Assembly: GCA_977030845.1 (NCBI GenBank)
Contig: OZ365114.1
Coordinates: 15,562,001-15,626,000, forward strand
Reading direction: 5' to 3'
From: Fimbriosthenelais zetlandica
Lineage: Eukaryota
DNA: 64,000 bases
Shown here: one piece after another, positions 54,284-64,000 of the stretch
How positions within the stretch are numbered: position 1 is the stretch's first letter
Layout of the letters: each line of letters starts with the position of its first letter
The notes under the pieces: generated by a model
What the model was told of the DNA's origin: nothing
Database searches by the model: none
Seen by the model: the letters and a program-made list of their open reading frames with translations, nothing else
Made by a program: the position numbers and the translations under genes

Positions 54284-54529
54284 ATGGATAGAAATGGGAT
54301 ACCATGGCCCACACTGCCACGTGATCCCTTAGATCTCCTTCAGTTGGAAAATAATCGTCTCAGAACTTTAGACATGGAGAAAGCAGGATTTTTTTCCACT
54401 CTTGATCTCCATACTGTGACAAATAGGCTCCCAGGGTCTGTGATTTCCTTCCTGCTAATGCTAGAGTTCATCTCTGAATTATGGAACAGTTGGGAGGTTT
54501 ATAATAGTAAAAAATACACACGACAGTAA
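54284..54529 (+). pseudogene. Leucine-rich-repeat-like ORF fragment
   Basis: LDLLQLENNRLRTL matches LxxLxLxxNxLxxL exactly and is preceded by a cap-like IPWPTLPRD. A second degenerate repeat (TLDLHTVTNRLPGS) has its Asn 23 residues later. A stop lies immediately before the ATG and no further repeats follow. Confidence 0.35.
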
Positions 54530-57267
54530 TAGTTGCATTAATACATTGTGTCTAGAGATATCCTGTCTAATGGATATTGTACGATGCAAAGGATGAGCTT
54601 AGCATACATATCCGATGGTAATCTTATTGAGACTGTGGAGTGAGTAAATCATTTTTTATAAAATTATATGTGATACAAACTCCATACCTCTCTATTCAAT
54701 TATGTCGCTGTCTCCTGTTTGTTTACCTATCAATGTAACTGACGTTCATAGATCATGATAAGATTATCATAAAATAAAAAGAGTTCTGTATGAACAAAAG
54801 ATATAGCACCACCCAGTGTAATGTCTAGAAGATCACATACAGTGGTACATGCATGACGTTGCATGTTATGGCAGAACACGGTGACAGGTGCAAAATAACC
54901 CTTGACTTTGAAAAAGGAGTTGGTGTTGGAAAGAGAGGGAAAGAGAGAATATGAGATATTTTGTGTGTGTATTGCGCATCGTGACAGATAGACCTGTCTA
55001 CCCACATTAAGGTAGTGTTCACGGGAGCAGATAACACAATACGTTTATAGGCCCATAATCCTGCTATCCGAGCCATGATGGTCTAAGCATTCCATCCTCT
55101 GCCTACTTTTCCCGCTAGTTGTATGTGATAGCTAGTGCTGTGTCGACGATCACATAACCCAGTGCCATGTACCATATCTCCTAACTGAAACGACGCAATA
55201 CAGTTATCAATTTCCTTACCACAGGAAGGGTGGGTAATGTCCTGTATTGTTACAATTATTACCATGATTTCATTAAAATGAAGAGAGCAAAATAATGGTA
55301 TTATTTCGGGAATTGCGTCAGTTATAATTGGAACGTAGTATCATTTATTTGAAAATGTCCTCAATTCCCAGACAGTTGTTTTTTATTGAATGTTCCACTG
55401 GTACTATTCTATCACCAGGATACGTAATGGTGAAGATTCTCTGAGCAGATTTGTAAGGAGCAAGTCATGGATTGCCTCAAATTAGAAGGCGAGCAATTGG
55501 AGGGGCTCAGATGGAAGATGGCAGCATGCCTCATTGACACAATCAAGTCTATTCCCAGGTCTATTTTACACTCATTTCACTATGGTCTAAGCATTTAGGA
55601 CTGGCGGATTAGGTGGATGAGGAAACGGAAATGGAAGGGATGGGAGAGGAGAGAAAGGAGTTGGACAAAGAAAAATGGGGAAAAAGAGCAAGGAGAGAAG
55701 CAAGAAAAACGACCACAAGAAAGGCAACGGTGGAATGAAAAGGAGAACCATTTCAAATGAAATGTGTCATAGATTAAGCAATTAAGTTAATATTGTCCCA
55801 TGTTACTTATTTTCATGAAACCACGAAAGGGTGTATGAACATACCACAGGTAAAAAAAAAAAAGGCTGCTGCTTATGACATTTTTCCACAAATTCAATTG
55901 GAGCCCTTGCTATTATTCTGTGGTAGTGAATGCCCATTACTGGTGACATTAACTGGTGTAGAGAAGATTTGGTAGTATACCCCGGAGCTATATTGATACG
56001 TGTATATCGCCAGTCGTAGAATAATGCCTCCTACCAAGCCCCGGTCATCGCAATCACAAAATGCCATTTAAATGAACCACAGAGGAGCCTGTCAAATAAA
56101 TTAAAGTGATTATCAGGCTTGATGGAATGGCTGTGTAGCAGTGGCATGGGATTCGCTGGTGGCGTAGGAAAAAATAGATTGAAATGGATATCACGGCACA
56201 ATGAAGTTTTAGTTCATCAGGCTAGCTGCAGTTGCTTGTATGGCAGTTCACATTCTAATCTATCCAGGGTTTAGACACCATGGTTTGAGTGATATAGGGC
56301 GATATGTTAGCAATTCATTCTCCCATATTCTATTTATCCTCAATCGCGGTACTGAATTGGGAGTGTTGGGCTAAAAGTCTGTGGGGAAAATTGATGTAAA
56401 AGAGATAGAAATTTATATTATAAAACATATCAATTCCCTTTTACGTCGTTACGAGAAAAAACCCTTACTTAGCATAGAGTAAAATTGTTTCAACGTTATA
56501 TATATCTGTAATGATATCTATTTAAGACCAGTGGAGTGCTTGAATATTAAATTATTATTGATTTGGGACCAATTCAACGAGACTGCATTGTCAATGTAGC
56601 ACCTCGCTCCTTATCAATCACCAATCAAAGTATCATTGTTACCACCTGCTTCACCGGCCATCCTATTACTAATGCAGAACCGAAAGCCTTGCTGAAGTAA
56701 ACTATTAAGCCAGCTGCATAAAACGCCTGCCACACTCTTCTATCTGGTATAAATATCTAATGAAGGCGACTGTTCACCTCCATGACAAGTGTTCATACTG
56801 AAACATCACCCATCAACACTGACAAGTCAGAAATACTAGGCTGCAAAGAGATGGCCTGAGGTAGACTATATACAAATCAACTGGAATTAACAACTTATGT
56901 TATGCCATCTATTTTTAATTCACAATATAGCAATGTATGACAAGTATATTATGTGGTGTTGCAACATATGTAAGGTTCCTAGGATGATACATCTTTACAA
57001 CTTTCACCGAAAGGATATTTAGTGACAATTCTTTTAATATATCATCTGAACCTTTCTTCGCTCCTCTTTTTTACTTTAGTTTTTTTTACATAATTATTTT
57101 CTTTAAATACATATTCCAAATTCTATGCCTTATATTGTTTCCTTTAGACGTACCACTGATGCTATTTCAGTGCTACATTCTGTTTTTTTTTGTCGAAGTC
57201 TCGTCATTTAATTAGTATTTAATGGATCTCTGATGCACGTCCTATTGCAAAATATGCCGATAAAAAC

Positions 57268-57475
57268 TAAACATTTGTTGGGACTTTCTTTCAAATTTAA
57301 TGAAACCATTTACGTGCGCTATTAAATAGATTGACAGTTAAAAGCTTGTCCTCAGAAGATTTGTCAGTCAAGTCTTTCATCAATAAAAGCACCTTTGATG
57401 TCCTTATTTCTCTAATACGACAGGGATCACAGCACAATGAAGTGAATGTGGACGCTTACAAACCTTCACTACCTG
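57268..57475 (-). mobile_element. Decayed Ty1/Copia reverse-transcriptase fragment
   Basis: Minus frame DIKGAFIDERLD*QIF*GQ is in exact register with Copia DVKxAFLNGxLxEEIYMxQ. The same frame continues to SLNLKESPNKC (cf. SLYGLKQSPRxW), and VVK lies upstream in register after a 2 nt deletion (cf. PVVK). Multiple stops. Confidence 0.45.
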
Positions 57476-59563
57476 TTTTCATTCAAGCAGATACAGATAG
57501 TGGATCAGGTTCAGACCCCTTGACAGACCTCCTCTTAGTATTTTCCCCAAACACTTGACATCCCGAGTCCCAGTTGGGAAATGTGTATATATACAGTCCT
57601 AAACCCATTTTGATAAGATCGTATTTATCCAGTGAACTGTGTATACCTTGCTCCAATGTCCCCCTTCAATCTATGTACACTGACCGCAGGAGTGTTTAAT
57701 TTAAAAAGAATGTCCATGTAGACTCGTCGTTTGCGATCATATCATTTCCTACCAGTGATATCTCTGATAAATTGCTATTTCATTGCATGTTTCAACAAAA
57801 GAATAAATTTTCCAATGTAGAACGATCACTTCTTTTGTGGAACAACCCCCTTCAGATTGGTATCAGCAACAACTTAAAGGTCACCTCTCTTAGCCCACCG
57901 TTTGACCACCCACTCATTATCTGTAGGGGGAAAATGGCTGAAATTGTTTGGAGCCATTGAGATACAGGTGGTCTTGAAAGAAAATTCACGGCAGGGGATC
58001 ACACATGCTGTTCTATACCAAGTCTTCTTTTGTCGCGGACACTTCAAGGCCCGGCCAAGAGCACATTCTATTCTCTCGATTGTTTGTCCAAAGGAACTCA
58101 TATTCAACCATGGTTCTAAAGAAAAATACATTCACTGCAGCAATTACCAGATAGAAACAAACCTCACTCTTATATGTCTATTTTCACCTGGAGGGAGGGG
58201 TGGAAATGTTGCCAACAAGGAAGGCAGGTGTGTGTTGGCCTTGAGGCCTCCTCTGAAATAATTGAGGGAGATTGTTGGAATAATGTAAGGAGAAAAGAGG
58301 GGAGAGCGGGTTGAGTCGAGCGCGCTGGAAGAAAAGGTAAAGAGAGAGGGCAAGGTGAAATATGGGCATGGGGTCTGTGGTGGAGATGTGAAATATGACA
58401 GACACAGGTGTTTGACATGTACTTAGGTGGCCTCCCACTACAGATCCCCGCTCAGAGAACCTACAGTGTTTATTTGAAAGACACACTGAGTCACTTTTAA
58501 AGAGGGATATTATGAAATAGAATATAAGCTTTGTGGACGTGTATTTATCAAAGGTTTAACGTCGCTTTGTTTGCAAATAATAGCATATTGTCCCATTTGC
58601 CATTTCCAGTAGAAATAACACATACTTAATGCTGGCATTAGTGTATTGCAACCTTTTCACAACCATTAATGCGACTTATAATTGAATTTAAGCATTTACA
58701 TGTCAAAATGTTTTATATAAAGTGTTGACTGTTATAGGACAGTCGTTATATTAATAATATGAAGTAGTTATGCTTTGCAAAGTTGATTTAAACCCAAATA
58801 TAACAGCTAAAACTTCCAATAGCGAATTTATTCCCTTGTCGGCAAATCACTGGACTATTGCTCCATCTCAACCCGGCCACTATTGCTTGTTCATCTGTCA
58901 TTTACCCTGTGGATCTGTCCCCATTTCAGCTGACCCCATGGGGCCTGTCGTACCGATAAGATAATTAACTACTCCCATCTCCCTCTATCTCACCCATCAT
59001 CTCCAGTCTTTTAGATGTGAATCAGTGAAATATTGTAAATTCCTGCCCGTCCTTTGGTCGCCTACAGAGACTCTAATTTTGCTCGGTAATACTTCTTTGT
59101 AAATCCTATTGCTCCAGGTCATCAATTAGCATTACTGCAATGCCATGGAGCAGGGGACTGAAATAACTACAAGTGCTGCTCCCCTCTAAACCTATCCTCA
59201 CAACCCTCACCATCCCAAATTTAAAGCTGCAATGGTTGATTCTAATGAATCGGCTGTATTAGGTCAGTCTGACATAATGGGTGTCATTGATGCTGTTTGC
59301 GTCTTGCATATAGGACATCCTTAGAGTTTGATGGACCTTTATAGGGTTTCTTGTGATAGGTGAACATCCTGTCATGTCTGAGGGATAGGTTTAAATAGGT
59401 TCACGCAATAGGCTCAATTAAGACGCCCTATAATGGTATGACTATTATTCTCCCTCACAGCGGGGTTGTTTCACAACTCACATTTGTGTTGCTACTCACC
59501 CTCATCCAACCGATGCACTGACATTTGGGATGCTATTCACTTGCACATTATACATAACCGAGT

Positions 59564-59770
59564 AACTCGTCAATAACTAGTCAAAAGTCGGCGAGGGTTT
59601 AAAAGGAAGAGTCCCTCGTCAAACGATTGCATTGTATACAATCATACAATAAATGCAATCGCATTCTATACAATTCACTGTAATTTATACAATGAAGTCT
59701 TTTGATGAGGAGCTCCTCGATCGTTATGAACCCTCGCCAACCCTAGCCAAACCTCGTCATTGACGAGGTT
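59564..59770. repeat. ~210 bp nested foldback (multiple colinear inverted repeats)
   Basis: CTCGTCAAT/ATTGACGAG; GGCGAGGGTT (59590-59599)/AACCCTCGCC (59729-59738); GAGTCCCTCGTCAAA (59609-59623)/TTTGATGAGGAGCTC (59701-59715, 12 of 15); CATTGTATA/TATACAATG; inner CGATTGCATT (59624-59633)/AATGCAATCG (59652-59661); terminal palindrome AACCTCGTCA-T-TGACGAGGTT (59750-59770). Confidence 0.8.
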
Positions 59771-59961
59771 GCTTGTAGAACTGATTATCTAAAGGTAATA
59801 GATTTCTTTCAGACAATAGCAGAGCGCAATATAACACAGAATAGAATAGATAAATCAGAAAGGGGAGGCAAATGAATGAACCATAAAACGAGAATAAGAG
59901 TAAAGGGAGGGAAATGCATCATGTGCTTAAAGCAGTGTTGCAGGACGATCAGTTGAAGCCT

Positions 59962-60260
59962 GTCGAGAGTGGGAGAGAGAGAGACTGAGAGAGTGAGAGG
60001 GGAGAGAGGGAGGAGGCGCGGAGAAGCAGCCCTCCACATCCACCACCACCACCACCACCCGGACCACCACCACCACCACGTCAGTTAGACTGGCGGGTTG
60101 AGACGCAGCGGTCGTGGTGCTCGGACGCTGGAAAGCAAAAGCTCGGAGGAGTAGTCGGAGTAGTAGGGATGGTGCGAGGATGTTTGGAGTACCACAACAG
60201 CGACGTCATCGCCACGGACTACTGACGACGTCGTCGTCGGAGACATCAACGTCAGGTTTA
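59962..60260 (+). promoter_or_regulatory. GA-repeat + (CCA)n + CpG-rich patch (promoter/5' UTR-like or LTR R-region-like)
   Basis: GA-rich run at 59962-60025, two (CCA)n runs at 60040-60079, and about 21 CpG in 60060-60251 versus about 11 in the first 600 bp of the window. No sustained ORF follows. Confidence 0.4.
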
Positions 60261-63200
60261 CCACCTCAAAAGGACTTCATGTGGTGACAATGTCTTGAGG
60301 ATAGAAAGATTTCTTCATCATCTACATCGATTGTGACGGGACAGTATGACATGTATGGGATCATCAGAGAGGCTGCTCGAACTATGTACGGGGTGTTGGA
60401 AGATTTATCCATTAAAAACAATAACTTGAAAAGAACGAGCAGCAGTGTAAACGAAAAATATACTATGATCATCGGTAGATCACTACGTTGTGCTTCTTAG
60501 ATACAGTGGTGTTTCTATTGAAGGTTTTTACTAACTTTAATTTCGGGGTGTTTCACAAAGAAGGATAATCGGGGCATGAGAGTAGTTGGAGGAGATCTTC
60601 ACTGGGACGATACGGACCATGATTTCTACTGGGAGACCGTGCTCTTTCTCGTTCCAACTCAGAGGATTGTACCAACGCGTCTTCACCTAGGCTAGGATGG
60701 GCTACAGATACGTCAGGCAAAACACTGGTGGTTTCCTTTGATCCTTTAAGCGGTCAATACATCTGCCTGTGCCTTCTACATCTTCAATTTCTACTGGGCC
60801 AAAATCATTGCCTATTACACAAAGATAAGGGCAACAATTGATAGATCTGTTTTTTTTTCGCATCGCTTGGATGATGCTAATGATGATATGCTCTTGCTCC
60901 GTGTTGTGCACACCAATTGTGTTTTCTTTTATCTTCGCAATGAGTGTGATTACATTATAAAAGACGAACCGTTCAAAGATCAAATGCTTTTATGTGGGTG
61001 ACTGGGCCTTGATTCTGAATCAAGCCTCCAGCGTCCATCACTTGAAAGGATCGGATATTAAAGCACACTTTTGATGATCAATTATCACTTGGATTGGCGA
61101 CCTTTGAATGTGTCCAACACAACCTTGGGTCAGAGATCAAGCTTTTAAGAAGCTGGAAAATATAAGGAATATCTAGTTTCACTAGCGTTTAAACTAAATG
61201 GAAATGAATGCTATGTAAATGGAAGAAGGTAGGGCCTGAGCATTTCAAGCTTGGTGAATTATTGACAATTGTAAAGACAACTGTGATGCTAGTGAGCTAT
61301 AGAGTTCTCTAAGTCACCACTCAATATGTGGTGTGCTTGCCTTGGCTAGATCTAACGTACCGTCTACAGACACCTGGTTAACCACCTTTCATCCAACTCT
61401 CAGCCATTTTGCCTTATCTTGTCCCCTCTTTATACTTGCCTTCATTTCCTTTTGATTCCATATTCGGTGTCTCATTTGAAAAATACTTTTAATTTCCTGA
61501 AAGAAACTTCATTAAGGTTTGTGGATTGAATGATTCGTTTTGTGGGAGAAACTTCACTAATGATTGTAAGTTCTTTTCGAAATTGACTCTGTGTGCATAT
61601 TGTTGTGACAAGTCGATCAGTCATAAGCTCTTAAAGCTCTTTCACGAGTGCATTATAACAGAACATAGTTGGTTAATATGAGGTCCTTTTCATGTTGGAG
61701 GTGCCACTCTTAAGCTGACTTCATAATTCTGAATACTGATGTTTACTATGGCCCGCCTATTGTGTTGTGGGCTATAAAAGGTTACCTGCATACCTCAAGC
61801 CATTAACTTCACAAGGCCAGATTAAAGCAATTAACCAAGGTGTGACTTCCAACGAGGTATACCAAAGCCTTTAATAAGAGGCATAAATGGTACTTTACAA
61901 ATAGTCAGACCAAACCTGATTAGATCAAGGAAAGCATTAAATTACACAGCTGCCTGCAACTGTTGTGTAACGGGTTGTCATTAGCGGCACCTGCATGAAG
62001 TGCTATCAAATAGAGCTTATTCATCAGGGCACGGTTCGTGTCAAGACGAGTTGTGGCTGCCTCTATAGGCTCTCACATTCTCATCTCTCCAATACTCCAG
62101 ACTCAACCAGAGAGTTAAGGAGTGGCCTTCGCTACCCAGCCATCGCCCATCATTAAGCTTTCTCCTTCTTACCACACACAGTTTCCCAGCTCAACGATTA
62201 TGCCCCCTTTCCCAGGCTTTCTCCGTGCAATATCAGCCCGTATATTACAGTGAGAAATGTCACTTGCTATTTCTAGCCCTCTACGATGCTGCTTCTGAAA
62301 TGGATGAGACGTGAGTGGAATTCAGAACGTAGTTACTACATCAAAGCACAACAATTTGATTGTAAGTTTGCTTTCCATGAGTCTAGCTATTGGAGTCCTT
62401 GATATGAGGGGAGAAGGCTTTTGGATCCACACTAGCACTAGTCCAGATGAGTAGCAGGCCAAGCTGCTATTGTTAACCCCAGTCTGGGGTAATCCTTCGC
62501 CCTATTGTACATGGGCTCCTGTTGCCAATATCTCCATAGAAAGCCAGCGCTCATATAGGGCCTGCAAGGCAAGAGCCCATCCCGTCCGCCATACAACAGC
62601 ACCCGCTCAAAGCATTGGCATTGCTCTTGCGCTGTCTATGTACAGCCTCTGGAGGCCCTCATACTCCTGCCATACTATTTGCTCTACCAGAGGCACTGGC
62701 ACAAGACAGCCTCCAGCCAAATTATCTGAACCCTGTCCTGCAGAACGGGAGCAATTTGATGGTTTTTAGCAGCAGCATTAGTAGCTCTCAGCTACTGTTG
62801 ATGGCTCTAGTCCAGCTCCTCTAGGTCTTGTGCTTATCAATACATATACAGGTGGTCGCTAGCACAATACAATATACCTCCCAATACAGAGCACACCCCC
62901 AAGGCATTCTTTTTGTTGCCCAACACCAACACTTGCAGTTAACATAGACCTTGACTGGAGCTGTTCCTTGCGCTCTCTCCCTTCCTGTGCAACATAGGAA
63001 AAGAAGAGGAGGAGAGAGGTGTCCCTTCCTAGAGATACACAAAGATATACATCACGCTCTATGTCACAGCTTCTTCCTCCTTGACAACGAAGGCTTGACA
63101 ACGGAGATCACGCCAGAGGCCGACTCGGAATCCCCGGGTTATATTTGCTCAGGGTGAAGGAATACAATTTGCAGCTCACATTTCTCATGTCAGGAGTCTG

Positions 63201-64000
63201 CCTATATAGATTTTGGCCATCGGAGGGATCTTCTGAAGCCATCCGAGCTAATCTGTCCCCTACATAAAAGATATCTTACGCGAATCCTCATACAACACTA
63301 AATAAACCACAAGAGATTTTATCTCCCCATTTCATTTAGAGCCCAGGACGTTATTGAAAAAAAATGTCCTGAATGTAACCCTATCGATTAGCAACAGGTC
63401 AGTGTTGAGGTTTTGATGGATAGGCTGGTATTTTATTCCTGGTAATATATCATGTATAGATCTACAGGCATTAATCCTTTCTGTCCAGTGCTGCTGACAT
63501 GAAAGCTGTCCACTCTCGGACCATGAGGTCATCTGATATGGTATCCAGATTCACTGGCCATGTTGTTGTGTGATCAGTAGGGTTCGTGTCCACACCTCGC
63601 CAAGCCTAACAGTGGGTATCATTAGGCCTGGCCATTCATGCAGCTACACCCATCTAGTGGACAGCTGATGAGGTCCTTTTCCCTCATATTCTGACAAGAC
63701 AGCTAGGGATCCAATTTGCCCAGCCTGTCTCTGTGGGCCCTTATCATGCATCGTGCCTCTAGTATATGTACGCCCCATAAAGACAGCCGGAGAATTTACA
63801 GAGCATTTTGCTCTTGAAGCACAGACTGCATAAATTACCAGGCTTTCCCACAACAGTCAGCTGTATTGCTGAAGACAAAGCACTGTGGAGGGACCGGTCT
63901 GATATATATAGCTGGCAGCTGACCCAGCTGTGTAAGGAGGAGGGGATGCAATCCTTCCATATGTTATTAAAGGTAAAGACGAGCTGCAAAGAAGCTAAAA

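Noticed and set aside
60740-60850. FYIFNFYWAKII resembling a TLC-domain C-terminal helix
   Set aside because: It is a short hydrophobic stretch flanked by stops, and other TLC motifs are absent.
63665-63700. CTGATGAG hammerhead core start
   Set aside because: No GAAA partner or stem II follows.

Overview
This window reads as gene-poor, eukaryote-like DNA of roughly 40-43% GC by eye, moderately CpG-depleted, with local CpG-rich patches. I found no operon structure, no rRNA/tRNA gene, no CRISPR array and no ORF that I can assign to a named gene. The longest ORFs (about 155-170 aa) are low-complexity or unrecognisable. The sequence directly supports simple and low-complexity repeats, a 36-38 bp minisatellite, one diverged ~130 bp direct-repeat pair 1.2 kb apart, and several clear inverted-repeat structures: a ~600 bp multi-hairpin element at 9.7-10.3 kb, a pogo/Tc1-type MITE-like segment at 52.2 kb, and a ~210 bp nested foldback at 59.6 kb next to a CpG-rich GA/(CCA)n patch. 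With lower confidence I see heavily decayed protein-coding relics (a Ty1/Copia RT motif block, LINE-like motifs, an LRR-like ORF) and a few candidate spliced exons. I did not find convincing evidence of a new biological system. The most notable global oddity is that animal-type and plant-type repeat signatures seem to co-occur without any interspersed family recurring, so the provenance of the window (real old transposon graveyard versus chimeric or synthetic sequence) should be checked first. All family assignments come from motif recall by eye, not from database searches.
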